Part shown: piece after piece, positions 13,816 to 27,529 of the stretch
Layout: every line of letters begins with the position of its first letter
Position numbering within the stretch: the first letter of the stretch is position 1
NCBI RefSeq assembly: GCF_018977255.1
Contig: NW_024704742.1
Location: 33,606,001 to 33,670,000, forward strand
Direction: 5' to 3'
DNA: 64,000 nucleotides
Source: Callorhinchus milii
Taxonomy: Eukaryota
The notes under the pieces: model-generated
The model's database searches: none
The model's input: only the letters and a program-made list of their open reading frames with translations
What the model was told of the DNA's origin: nothing
Position numbers and translations under genes: made by a program

Positions 13816-14700
13816 CTTCTGGAAATCTGCGACTGGTTGTGAAATGCAATCCTCTTGAAGCTGCCCCCGGGGGCTGCTCCCTCACCCCGGGGCCGCCACA
13901 GGGGAGACGCAGGAGAAGGGGGTCCAGGGATTGGCTTCACACGTCCGCTGCTGCCACACTCTGCATTGCTCTCTGCATCTCCTCCCCAACCCTCACTCTC
14001 TCTCTCTCTCTCTGTGTGTCGTGTGTGTGTGTGTGTGTGTAGTGGTAGTGTGTGTCTCTCTGGGTCTGGGTCTCACTGACTGAATGAAACTGGTCTGAAA
14101 GAGAGGAGCTGGGATTGTGTCCTGGGCTGTGGCTCCAGCACTGACCTTGTGTGTGTGTGTGTGTGTGAGTGAGTGAGTGGTGTGTGTGTGTGTGAGTGCT
14201 AATGCGGCACTGAACTGAACTGTCTCCTCTCACTCACTGTGTCTCTCTCTTTCGAGTGCAAGACTGGAGAGAGAGAGAGAGAGAGAGAGACTCTGTGGCT
14301 CGCAGCAGCTCCCAGACTGGAGGAGAGCCCTGGCGTCAGTCCTCAGGCACAGCACAGCTCTCACCCACTCTCTGATGAGATCACGTCCAGTGCAATGCAA
14401 TGAATGCACTCGGCGAACAGCTCCCGAGTCCCATCTCACTGCTGCTCAGAGAGAGAGAGAGAGAGAGACTCACAGCAAAAGGTGGGGCCAGCCATTGCCT
14501 TTCACTTAACATCACCCCTCCACGGGGTCAGATGGCGATCGTTACTTGGAATTATTATTTGCAGCCACGATTCGGACCGATATAACTTGTCCGGTGATTG
14601 CTAATTGCAGCACCACCTCTCTCCCTCTCCCCCTCTCTCTCCCCCCACCATCACCACTACTCCCCTCCCTTCAATACCAGCAACTGCAACGATTTAATCC
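13816..14700 (-). promoter_or_regulatory. ANK2: Probable ANK2 5' UTR and promoter region rich in (CA)n/(GA)n microsatellites
   Basis: GC-elevated region free of the common TEs directly upstream of the ATG. Microsatellites at about 13996-14060, 14147-14195, 14268-14290 and 14448-14468. The TSS cannot be determined. Confidence 0.5.
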
Positions 14701-15999
14701 CGACTCTTGTGCACTGATCGTGCAGCACAGGGTCCCTCGGGCAGGAACAGCATCAACACACGTTAGATCGAGGGTACGAGGCGTTGTAGCAAATGTATGC
14801 GTGTGTGTGTGTGTCCAAAAGATCTACTGCATTGAAAAAAAACACACCAGATCCTTTACCAGCACCAACACCCCCCTCCTCCTCCTCCTCCCCCCAAAAA
14901 AATACACACACGAAATGTTGCAGATTCATCCACAACAAAGGGATGGGAGGAACCGATATCTCTGTCTGCACATCAAAGTCAAATCTTGGTCAGTAAATGT
15001 GAATAATAATAATAATAATAATAATTCCTGGTTGATAATGTTTCTTTCACATTCCTGTAGGAAAATGACGTGGCCTGCCATTGAAGGAACACGAAGAAAC
15101 ATAGGAAATAACTGGACATAACAGCAAAGAGAAGACAATAATACCATATGCATAATAGATTGCAAAGGTGAAATAAAATGAGCAGCTTTTGCTTGCCCTA
15201 TCCATTTATTTTTGTATTTCAATGCCTGGCAGCAAATCTTTGACTGCATAACAAAATGACTGTTTATCGAAATGATGTTGCAGAAATTAACTTACAAAAT
15301 ATAAAGGGTATGAATGACTTGAGCAATTTGAAGGTTTGCTGGACTGGGTGTGGCCACTTCGACTTGTGTGGCTTAATATTTTAGTTGAGGGGTTGGTAGC
15401 TGATTCAAAGAGCCAAAGACAGAGTAATAATACAAAATATGTATTTCTGGCACAAAGTGTTTGCCTGAAGTAAGATTTAGGAGAGCTATCTTTAGTTCCG
15501 ATGTAGGACCACTAAAAAGAAATGAGTTTGTGGTAAATCAGTTAGGACTGATGATTATGGAGCAAAATGGGATGTCAAAATGTTATATTGAACAATCCTG
15601 TTGCCCACAATTTGTACAATTCAAATACTCAAACTAGGAAAAAACAGTATGAATCACTAAATGGTTTCCTGAACAGAGACATATATATATATAAAACACA
15701 TATCACTCTATATTGAAGGGTTTTGGGGGAGGGGTGCTGTAGAAATCTTGTCCAGTCCCCCAAGAATACAATGTATCCTGTGAAGCGCATTGAGACATCC
15801 TCCCGAAGATAAAGGCGCTTTACCAAATGCAAGGATTAATAATATTATAATAGTATTATAGAAGAGGGTTTGGAGTGGTGGCAGCTGGTGGGCCCTTTTG
15901 ACAGGTGAGGGTTATGGGTTTCCTTCCTTATGGGTTTGCCTAACCCAGCTATCGTGTTACCATAGCAACAGGCCCTTCGTGAAGAGGACAAAATACAAG

Positions 16000-17035
16000 C
16001 GGTACAAGGGAACCTATAAATTAGCCAAAGAGAAGAACTACATGGATTTAATATAAATTAAACAATGGTAATGGAGAAAATAATGGGATTAAAGATAGAC
16101 AAATCTCCAGGATTTGATAGATTCCACCCCAGGGTATTAAAAGAAGTAGGAGAGGAAATTGCAGATACATTAGTTATAATTTTCCAAAGCTCTCTATGTT
16201 CAGGAATTGTGCCCTTGGATTGGAGAGATGCAAATGTCACTTCATTATTTAAGAAGTGAGGGAGGGAGAAACCAGGCAATTACAGACCAGTGAGCTTAAC
16301 TTCAGTTGTGGGTAAGTTACTGGAATCTCTCATCAGGGACAGAGTGACTGATGGCTTGGGCAAGTATGAGCTAACCAAAGAGAATCGGCATGGATTTGTG
16401 AAGGGTAGGTCATGTTTGACGAATCTAATTGAATTTTTTGAGGAGGTCTCTAACATGGTGGATAAGAGAGTGTCTTGGGATGTCGTTTATATGGACTTCC
16501 AGAAGACATTTGATAAGGTTTGGCGCCAGAGGTTATTAGCAAAAATCAAAGAGTTTGGAATCGGAGGTAACCTTCCAATGTGGCTTGATAATTGGGAGGC
16601 AGGAAAGAGAGAGTAGGGATAGAAGGAACATTGTCTGATTGTCAGGATGTGACAAGTGGTGCTCCCCAGTGTTCTGTACTGGGGCATCAGCTTCTACTCA
16701 TATCAATGACTTGGATGAAGGAATAGAGAGTTTTATATCCAAATTTGCAGATGACACAAAGTTAGGAGACACAGTAAATTGTACAGATGGGAGCAGAAAG
16801 AATCAAAGGGACTTAGATGGATTAAGTGAGTGGGCAAAACTGTGGCAGATGGAATTCAATATGGGAATGTGTGAGGTCATCCACTATGGATCTAAAAATA
16901 GCAAAACAGAATATTTTCTAAATGGTGAGAAACTAAGAACTGTAGAAGAGCAATGGGACGTGGGTGTTCATGTACAGATATCAATAAGAACAAGCTCACA
17001 AGTACAAAAAGTTATCAAAACGGCTAAAGGGATAT
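16000..17035 (+). mobile_element. CR1 LINE ORF2 reverse-transcriptase fragment, disrupted
   Basis: DKSPGFDRFHPRVLKE, SLTSVVGKLLES, HGFVKGRSCLTNL and ISKFADDTKLG spread over frameshifted ORFs. Confidence 0.9.
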
Positions 17036-18076
17036 TTTATTCCTCAATTTAAAACTAGATTTTGGCTTTGGCAGAGACTTGAGAAATGATTGACTGCCAG
17101 CACTGTTAGAATCATGGAAAGTTGTAGCATAGAAACAGATCATTCATACCATTCAGTATACTCTGGTGTTTTTTTCACATGAAGCATCGCTGCCCACCAA
17201 TTGGTCATAGGAAGAGCTTGAAGACATTACAGTGAAATTGAAAATGTATTCTTTTTATCTAGTTCCTTTCAAAACTTAGTACATGTTACTCTCACACTAG
17301 TATCATTGTCTAAAACAGGAAACAAATGACAGAAAGGCATCAAAAGTAGGTTTGGTGGATCAGATTTTTTTTTCATTTTTAATGAATGCATATTTTAAAA
17401 ATTCTTGAAAAAGTCTTGAAAATGATTTTAAATCTCAATGGTTACAACATAATATATTAGTTGGATAATCAGTCCAAATTGTGTATCTTATCTATTGTGC
17501 TCTGTGACTTTGAATTCTGATATCAATAGTCTGCAATTTCACTTTCAGGATAATCACTGCTAGGACTGGTGAGGTTCACTCTGTCAGGTCTCGAAGATCC
17601 TCTCCCATAGGGTTGGTTTCATACAGAGAATTCTCCATTCCTTTCATCCTTCTCCTCCTCAGACAATTAAATGACAGCCACAATTGGAACAATTGTTATA
17701 GTCAAACCTCTCGGCATACTCTGACAAAACTGCAGTAATCTGCATACTGTTCATGGACTTTACATTTAAACCATGACTGAATATGCCATGATGAGTTAGC
17801 CTCAGAAGCTGTGCTGCCTTCATTGGCTCCCAGCATCAATTAAATATCTTAATTGCTTATTGAACAATGCATTCTAAAACTACCAGTCACTTACGCTGCA
17901 ACATGGAAAATTGTAACTTCCATTTTGCACAAACTAAATGTCTGGGTCACTGAAACTCCAATAATAATAATAATAATAACAACAATAATAATAAAAATAA
18001 CAACAATCATTGCATTTGGTATGCAGCTTAGACTTTCTACTGTTGAGTTATTCAATATTTTTGCATTATAATCTAC

Positions 18077-18486
18077 AGTCCTGCAGCTCAGTGGTTAGAG
18101 CACTCGCTTTGCAAGCGAGAGACCTGAGTTCAATTCCAGGCAGAGGGCGAAACCTTGGACAAGTTTCCTTACTCCACACACCTAATAATAATCCCTCCAA
18201 AACCAAAAACAATAATAAATTGGTCATTTTCAATCTACGACTGTTTGTGGGACATTGCTGTGCGCAATTGGCTGCCGCGTTCGCCCACAAATATACAGTC
18301 AATTCATTTTACAGTGTGTTCTGTGAAGCGCTTTGGGACGTCCTTCCGACGTGAAAAGCGCTATATCAAATGCAAGGATTATTATTATTATTATTTTACA
18401 GTGTGTTCTGTGAAGCGCTTTGGGACGTCCTCTCGATGTGAAAAGCGCTATATCAAATGCAAGGATTATTATTATTATTATTATTA
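18077..18486 (+). mobile_element. Young tRNA(Ala)-derived DeuSINE-like SINE with duplicated 3' tail
   Basis: Full head (CTTTGCAAG anticodon-like loop) and core, followed by two successive TTTTACAGTGTGTTCTG...AAATGCAAGG(ATT)n tails. Confidence 0.9.
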
Positions 18487-20899
18487 TGGCCTGAAGGGGG
18501 CAAAATACTACATGATTAATGGTAGTTTCATTAACTTATTAGTTAAGACCTTGCAGTTATTTTTACAATTAGTCTTGAATTGATCCGTTTTTCCGTAGTC
18601 TGGATTTGAAAATTAAGGTGTAGAGCGTGCAAGCATTTAGAAATGGCAATTAGAAATGCTTCTGAACTGATTGGTTCAACGGTCAAAATATAACCAGCTT
18701 CCGGGTAAATAGAAGTTGTTATTGCCCAGGTTAGAAAGGGAGAAATATGTCATCTAGTGTTCCTGCTTTTTGACCAGTATTTATAGGCCCCTGTCCATGT
18801 GTGGATCCTGATCCACTAAACCATACTTTTGATGGCTTTATGTCATTTGTTTCCTGTTTTACGCAATAACATGTACTAGATAAAGGAACTGGATAAAAAA
18901 GAAGCATTTTCAATTTTACTGTAATGTCCTCAAGCTCTTCCTGTGACCAATTGGTGGGCAGCGAGCAGTAGAGAGGGATTAGATGCTTTTCTGTTAGAAA
19001 TTAATATCTCAGGATACAATATATAGATTGGGACATGACATGTCAAGCAACTGTCAGGATGGTGGAAGGCAATCTGGGTGGACCTTGGTCTTCTTTCGCC
19101 TAGCAAATTCTTAATTTCACAAGATCAGAAGATTGGTTTGGATGAAGATGTCCTTTGGTCCATTTGGTCCTTCTGAATAACCACCCTATCTTCTTGTCAT
19201 CACAGCATCCATTCATATTTGAGCCCCACTAATGTGAGGTAAAGACAGAATTAAGCTTGGCAGTGATGTTCTCTCTGCTTACGAATGAAAACTGTCGTCG
19301 GGCAAGGTATGGGGGGGACAGCTGACAGTGCTTTAATCATAAGATGTAAGAATATTGGAGAGCAGAAAAATGGAAAAGGAAAATGTGCATAGGAGAGGCC
19401 AAGGCCGAACTAATTTTTGCTTTTCATTAAATAAAAGGCAAGTATCAGAAAACACCTAACATTCCAAATTTGATTAAAAGCACGATCTTTGGAATTATAG
19501 GCCTGTTAGCTAGATGCCTGCAATGTAGAAAACATTAAAGGAAGCACTTTAAGAGCACTTAACAAGAGGAAAAGGTAATAATTCCAAGTCAATGCGGATT
19601 TATGAAGGCTGTTCCTGAGAAAATTTATTGGAATTTTTTGAGGATGGAACAGAAATGGGAGGTGATGGTGGGTGTTATACATAGTTGACAAGAGACCTCA
19701 CCTGATACACGTGGTTCAAGTGAAAGATTTTAAATTAGATAACAGATTGGAGACAAAGAGTAATGATCAATGACAGTAGGTCTAATGGAACAGCTGCGCT
19801 GTGCAGAGCACCCAAGGGTAAGTCTTCAGACCTCTGCTTATCATGAAGTACATAAATTATCTTGCTGAACATGTTAAAATTAGAATGTCTAAGTTTCCAG
19901 AATATATGCTTTTGAGTGATAGCGTACATTGCTTCAAGGAAGGGAATAAAATTCAAAGCGATCCACAGAGGCTTAACAACTGGGAAGATTAATTGCAAAT
20001 GGAATTTAGCATTGTGAAATGCAAAGCAATATACAGCATAATAGCAAATATGATTACAAAATCAAAGAGATAGTTAAAGTAATATTTCAAAAAAGGTTCA
20101 CAAAAGTTTTATTTGTGAACCGTAAACAAGCTGCAAGCTTGCCTAGATTTATGGCAATTTTCAGTGTAATGGATGTACTATGCAGTTGAGCGTTTGGCAT
20201 TATTTGAAAAGAGAAAGGAGTTTCTCTCAATATCCCAGTGTCCTGGCCAACAATCCCCCAGATAAAATTGGTCATTCAATTCATGGCTGTTTTTAAGACA
20301 TTACTGTGTCCAAATTAGTGCTGCATTTACCTACAATTACACAGCCACTACACTTTACAGTAAAATCCTGTGAAGCATTTTGAGACATCTTGACGACATG
20401 ATAGGGTACTATATAAAATCCACGATTTAGTTATTATTTGAATCATTTTATTTAGAAATGCTGATTTGAACTCCACTTAAGAGAGCCAGCTTGGGACAGA
20501 TTGGAGAAAGTTTATGAGGGTAGGACTGAGAGCAACCATCTTGATTCAACATTGCATATTTTATTCTGGAGCATATCTGTGTTTATGCCAGTGGAAACTT
20601 TAATTTATTAACATTATCAAATAACTAGTGACTTTATTTTGCCCACAAAATATACAGTTAGATCACTTTACAGTATATTTTGTGAAGCGCTTTGAGACAT
20701 CTCGAAGATGTGATAAGGAGCTATATCAAATGCAAGGATTATTATTATTATTTTGAAATGTCAGATCTAAGCCATGCTGTTCTCACATGACATCCACACA
20801 TTTACACATACATATGCTTTCCAGCAGGGGGCGGCTTGTGGCAATTTACCGTGGCTTATTTTTCTCCAAAGGTTAGAGTGACAGGAACGCTTTTGAAAG

Positions 20900-21560
20900 G
20901 TGTTCTTCCATCAAAGAGCAAGCAAGACATAAGGGCACTGCAATCTTCCAAGAGATTGAAGATCGAGCAAATTGACGAACGGCTAGCAGAAAAGGAGGAG
21001 AGGATTACAACATTAGAGTCTTGAGTCTTCTCTAAAGAATAAATGTTGCATTAAAGGATGAACAAAAATAAATAGGGATTTTGGAGCTTTTGTGAGAACT
21101 TTTTGAGGTACAAGATTCACCAGGACTTTATATAAGAAACACAGCCATGGCATCTAAATTGGAGAGTTTCAACAGTAGAAGCAGAAATAACAACCTGAGA
21201 ATTTTTCAATTTCCAAAGCAACTTGAATGCAGTTAAATTAATGAAAAAGATGTTAAGTGACTGTACACACAATAGACAGTTCATTTGATACAAAACTGCC
21301 CCCCTCCCCACCAACCCACGAAACATGTACACACACATTCCCATTGGCTCCCATTTATTAGACCCAACAGTGGTGAGTCCATTAATTTCAATTAAAAGGA
21401 ATGATTAGGTCCTGAATTCATGTTATGTAAGAACTTTCATTCAAAAGCCTCTGTATTTCTATTCACACAGACTTCTCTCCAGAGTTGATGGCAAAATTCA
21501 GAGAATTCAAGAGAATGACAAGAGCCATCTGATCAAAGAACATTCATTATCATCTCCTCA
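20900..21560 (+). mobile_element. Degenerate L1/Tx1-type ORF1 remnant
   Basis: Coiled-coil IEQIDERLAEKEERITTLES, then LESFNSRSRNNNLRIFQFP (RSRRNNLRI motif) at about 21159, and IHTDFSPELMAKFREF at about 21461. Confidence 0.65.
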
Positions 21561-21924
21561 ACTGACTTAAGATTTCAAAGGAGGAGCTCCACCTCTTTTT
21601 ACACCAGTCAATAAAGCCGAAAGGGGCCATATGGAACCAGATAAAGCAAGTCCCTCCTTTGTCCCTCCAGAGTGGCAAAGGAAAGAAGGGAAAAGATCTA
21701 CAAATTATCAATCCAGATGCCACTGGGGCCCACCACAAAAGATGAGCATAGCCACTGAAAAGACTTTAGAACAAATCCCTTTCTGCAGGGCTAACATGAT
21801 AATTACTCTATAGTGCTTCATTATCAATTTGAATGTTCATCACTGGGTTTTGTTGAATTCTTGTTATGTATTGTCTTTATTTTTAACTATCCAAAGAGTT
21901 ATTGTTATTTTTATTGGTTTTTTT

Positions 21925-22270
21925 TTTGGCCGGGTGTCTAACATATATGGAAGCCCATCATCATGCTTAAAAGTATCCAAACCAAACTGAGAGTTCCATG
22001 CATCCCACCTACATCAAAATTCCTGTGCTTGGAATGGAAGGCACATTCTCTCCCTGGAGGGACACATCCTGCTTACCTAAATTCTGGATAATATTAGGCC
22101 CAGGTTGGCAGGAGCCAAGGCTTAAGGTCCCCATTATAAGCACTGTTTGGCAATTTTCCGGCTGTGTGCCCAGCTAGGACCACCCTCCTCATTAAGGCTT
22201 TAGGTTGCAGGTTTAACAGGAGCTGAGTGGTAATAAACCCTGTCCCCAATCTGCCCTCCAAATGATTCTG
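21925..22270 (+). repeat. Family X dispersed repeat
   Basis: Colinear with the copies at 44610 and 47640. Confidence 0.65.
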
Positions 22271-25200
22271 ATGAGTCATACAATACAATATTGCTTTTGT
22301 ATAGTGCCTTTCACATCAGGAGGACGTCCCAAGGTGCTGAGTCATGCTGGGTGGTAACCATCACCTTGGAGTACCCTGGACCCTCCTGGCTCAGGAATTG
22401 GGCTACTGAGACCCCCACAGAGGGTTGATTTGATAATCAGGAATTCTCTGCGAGCATCCCGGTGGGCAGCACAGTTCAGCATGAAATGCATGAGAGAATT
22501 GCCTCAGCTCAAATGTATATGACTACCCATTGAGCAATTGTTCCACAAGTCGGAGGTGTGGAGCTTGAGCAGCAGCTGCTAACCTCTCTCCATACCAGTC
22601 AAGGTGGATTCCAAACCTTTTTTTGCACTTCCTATTTCATAAGGTTAATTTTCACATCAGAACATTTATAGTTTATCATTGTTGATGGCCTGGGGCAATG
22701 ATCCCATCCCCACCTCCCACCCCATGTAAGGAAAAATAGATCTCATGTACGCCCAGAGATGTAAATGTATTAACACATCAGGGACAGGTGGGTCCCGCAA
22801 AGGCTCATCACTCTGTAAAGAGTGGGCTTTTGCCCTTGTTATAAGGCTACTTCCAACCAAATCAACTGTCTTGTGGGTTGAATATTGGGGTTAGAGAGGT
22901 TAGGATTAAAGGGAAATCAATGTGCTTGATTTGAATGCATTTCTCATGTTCTTAAGTTAAAGAGTTGGATTTCCAGATAGTAAATCTGGAATTTTATTGC
23001 TGTGTTTATATATGGCTGTTAAGATTTCAAGGGCACTGTTCACCTTTTGGTATCTTGCCAAAATGGCTATTATTCACTGTGAGCTTTAAAAGCAGTGACT
23101 GTTTGACTTTGGGAATCCTGACCTTATTCTCATCAGACTTCCACACACACATCAGCTCCCCACAAGAACTACTGGTTTGCAATTGGGAGCAGAAAGTCTG
23201 GTTGTCATTTGTCTCACTAAAACTTGGGTGCTGAGACCAATTATAGATGAAGACTGAAGGCTTCATACTCAAAAAAGTTTGGGTAAAGATCCTCTGCTTG
23301 AGGTGAGGCAGATTCTTGCTCATGCAGATGAACTATACTTACGATCCATAGAAAGAGGGTGACCACTCTATAATCATCAATAACTTGCATAGATATATAG
23401 CACTCTTCACACGCGTAGCATCTCAGGCTACGTATTAGCGGTGTGGCTTGACATCAAGGTGGAAGGAGAGGGAAGGTAATCAAAGGCAGGGTCAAAGAAG
23501 AAAGTCTTCAGGTGTGATTTGAAGATAGGCAAAGAGGAAGCAGATTGAGGCAGAGTTCCAGAAATTCAGATCATAGTGTCTAATAGTTGCCAATGGTGGA
23601 ACAGGAGTAATGAGAGACATGCAGATGACCTGAGCCTGCTGGGCGAAGGCGGTGGATAGTGAGAAGTGCGTGAGCAGTACCCACTGCTGTATAGTGTCTG
23701 AAAGAGTAAAGCATTTTGACCAATGTAAATTTAGCTATGCAAGTTTCTTAACATATAACATTACTAAAAGACGGAATAACAATTTTGCAGTTTTGTATCA
23801 CCATTCACATAGAATATGTCTCAAAATTTTTTAAAGAGTTGTAGCGGATGTATCCTGCTGCTTATCTGGCCAGAACTACTTTATAATAATAATAATAATC
23901 CTTGCATTTGATATAATGTTTTATCACATCATTGAGATTTCTCAAAGCGCTTCACAGAATATACTGTGAAGTGGATTGACTGCATATCATGTGGACGAAT
24001 GTACATTTACTTAACTTTACTATTAACTTTGGTTTGCAGGGTTAAAGTGAAAGAATCCCTGCCTATAGTGACTGATTTTCCCCTATAGGTCCTGCTGACA
24101 AACCAGAATGGCTTCTCAGTCAATGCCTTGGGGCACCGACACATGAATTGGACTACCAAGCCTGCCAGAGAGATTGATTCAATTCCAATATTCTATTTCC
24201 AGGCATGATCCCTAGGAGTAAACCCAGCCCCATTTATCTCCCCACTCCCAACGGGGATAGAAGCTGGTTGGCAGTCAAGAGTGAATGGCCAAGCAAGAAA
24301 GGATTGTGTATGAGAATGTTGATTGAAAGCATGTGCAAAGAGATGACATTAGGAAGCATTTGAAGGCAGGGAGAGAGAACATAAGTCAAAAGAGGATTTT
24401 GAAGAGAATTCCAAGGGTTCCAAGTCAAAGACTGGATGTAGGATTTGAAAGAGAGCTGAAGATCCAACAAAATAGCAAGGAGTTACACTGGCTTGGTTAA
24501 TAATATATAATAATAAGCCTTGCATTTGATATAGCGCCTTATCACGTCTTCACAGAATATACTGTAAAGTGAATTGACTGTATTTTGTGGGCCAAATTTT
24601 GTGTTTAGCTGGAGTGAGCAACTGGAGTTGAAGAGAGTTAAAAATCTCAGCTGGGCGGGCTGTAGAAGTGCTGCAATTGTGTCGACAAGTTAAGAATCAG
24701 AAAAATCTTCTGTTTTTTTCTGCTCGTCACTGATGATCCCTACGGGAAAGTATGTGTGACAGAAAGAGAGCGATGAAGACAATACATGTCAATTAAGGTG
24801 GTTGAGGCAGAATCCATTGTGGGTTTCAAGAAGGAAGGAGTCAGGTATATAAAAATTAGAAGCTTTAAGTGGTATGGGGATATTGCAAGGCAGTGGGATT
24901 GAAAGAATAACTGGTCGGGGAGCCTGTGCAGCCTCAATGGGTTAAAGAGCCTTCTTCTATGCTGTAAATTTCTATGATTCTAAAGGGGAAATATGGGTGG
25001 AAGGAAATCAAAAAGACAGTCAGAGGTAGATTTCTAGATGGGTTTTGAAAGCAGAGAGAGTACGTCTGAGGTGGAGACCCAGTAATATATGTTCCCTCAA
25101 ATTCACCTAAAATACATGTTAAAAAAATGATGATTGGAAATGCTTTCAAAGGAAATTAGATTTTTTTCCTCCACAAGAGGGTGCTATTCTATTCTTTACT

Positions 25201-26682
25201 GCAGGATTAGTGAGCGTTGGCCGAGTTTGTAGCACAACACTGATAACTGCAGGAAATCGGTTTCTTCACATTAATTCTCGTGTCTTTTGATTCATGCTCA
25301 TAAAAAGCATCAATAACAATTACTTTATTTATCTGTTAGTAAATTATGGTTACAAGATTCTGGGGTATCTGTCCAATCGTTTCACACACAAAATATAGTC
25401 AATTCACTTTACAGTAAATTCTGTGAAGCGCTTTGAGACGTCTCGAAGATGTGATAAGGCACTATATCAAATGCAAGGATTGTTATCATAGTTGTTGATT
25501 AGCAATATCTGGGCGATTTCTAGACAATCTCCAGTTAATAGAAAGAAAGAATATTTTTAATATGCCAGAAATTCTCATAGTGCTTTACAGTAATCACTGT
25601 CAAGTGTAGTAACTGTTTTTTATAGGCAAACACAGAAGTTATGTTGGGTGCAGCAGGATCCCACAAACCGCCAAGGGAAGAATAACCTATTTATCTGAAA
25701 AACAAGATACACCCGGCTTCCAGTGCTGGCTTCCGACAAAAAAAAAGCCGGCTTCCAGGTTGTCAGGTCACTGCTAACATCATGTCCTGCACATTGTGTT
25801 CGTGCGCGGGAAGCATCGCTGATGTTATTTCACAGTGGTGCCAGCTTCCCGCATATTCACCGTGAGCAGGGAGGGAGGGAGGAAGGGAGGGAGGGATGGG
25901 TGTTAGTGGTGATGGGTTTTCACACGTGTCAGACACCTGACTGATCAAAAAAAGAGAGAAGGGGAAGGAAGTAATAGTAGTTAAAAAATTAAAACAACAT
26001 TGCCAGAACCACAGGTGCTGCTCTTTCTTTTGAAAGGCTTCTGGAGTTTTCCTCCAGGTAATCTTTGTCAGATACATCTGTCATTGACGAATAAAGGCTT
26101 TTGATAATGTACTTCTTGATAACATTGTCTCAAAAGCTTTCTGGCTTGAACTGACCCATTGCCAGAATTCTCAAGAAGCAGGCCCACATCCCCTCAAAAA
26201 AAATGTTGTTTAAGGCAGATACCGAGAACAGGAAATGCAAATATTTGAAGGAGAAAATCAACATTAGGCACAAATCTCTAAATACAATGGGATTTGTTTC
26301 AAACAAATAAGAAGAGATAGGGTCAAATGTGAGACAATGAGTTTGAAACAGTCTTATTTTTTTTAGCATTCCTGTGAGTGGAAGTCTAGACATTACGGTT
26401 GTGTAGCTGCAACCCATTATACACTGATTGTTAAAAATAGTGATCTTTTCATTTCTTGTTTATTTTATATTATTTCTATCCTCCTCCTCCTCCACTGAAG
26501 ACATTTGATTCCTTCTAGTGGAGTACAGTTTTTATAAGTGCCCTCAAGTACCTCATTCAAGTAGGTTTTGATGACTACTTGTTCGACTTTAAACTCCATA
26601 TCTGTGCCTTGACCTATTCCCACCTCCATCCACAACATTGCCCAAATCTGCCAAGACGTTTCCTCTCAGGCTGCTCAGACCT

Positions 26683-27232
26683 TACTTGTCGGCCTCCCCA
26701 ACTCTTCCCTCCATAAACTGCAGATCATCCAGAACTCTACAGCCCGTGTCCTCTCCCGCAACAGGCTCCGTGACCCTATCACCATCCTCGCCCAACTCCA
26801 CTGGCTTTCCATCACACAGAGGATACAGTTCAAGATCCTGGTCCTCACATTCAAAGCCCTCCATGGCCTTGCTCCCTCCCTACCTCTGAGACCTCCTAAT
26901 CCCCTTACCATCCTGCTCGCTCCCTCTGCTCCCTCTGGCCTGCTTCACGTCCCCCGCTTTGCCCGCCCCACCATTGGCGGGCGGGCCTTCTGCCACTCTA
27001 CCCCCTACCCTCTAGAACTCCATCCCGCAGTCCCTCCGCCTCATCCCCTCCCTTGCCTCCTTCAAGACCCATCTCAAGATTCTCCACTTCGACCATGCTT
27101 TTGATCACCCTGCTTCCCCCCTTGCCCTCCACCCTGCCCAATGACGACCCCTAGCTCGGGTTCGAAGCACTAACTGTCCAGCGACTTGGGACGTCCTCCC
27201 AACATGAAAGGCGCTTTACAAATGTTGTTGTT
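26683..27232 (+). mobile_element. L2-clade LINE 3' fragment
   Basis: LHKLQIIQNS...LHWLS...[17 protein letters not shown] coding end plus a GGCGCTTTACAAATGTTGTTG tail. Confidence 0.85.
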
Positions 27233-27529
27233 GTCCACGCATTCATCACATCTAGGATATGCCAACACCCTGCTTGCCGGACTTTTTCATCCAACTATTC
27301 CAACCATGAGCTGCATACCATCCTGAATTCTGCAGCTCATGTCCTCTCCTGCACTGGCTCCACCTGCCTATCACCCCTGTCCCCGATTGGCACCCCATCC
27401 CCAGAGGATAGAGTTCAAGATCCTCGGTCTCAATTTTAAATCCCTCTATGGTCTGCCTTTGCCATCTTCTTAAACCTTACCAACCCACCTGTTCCCTCCG
27501 CTCAGCAGGCAGTGGCCTGCTTCATGTTA

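Noticed and set aside
14546..15121. 191-aa plus-strand ORF
   Set aside because: Low-complexity translation of microsatellites in the ANK2 upstream region.
25995..26195. Protein-like minus-strand stretch (GQFKPESF*DNVIKKYIIKSLY...)
   Set aside because: In-frame stop, no clear splice sites and no family I recognise; blastx would be needed.
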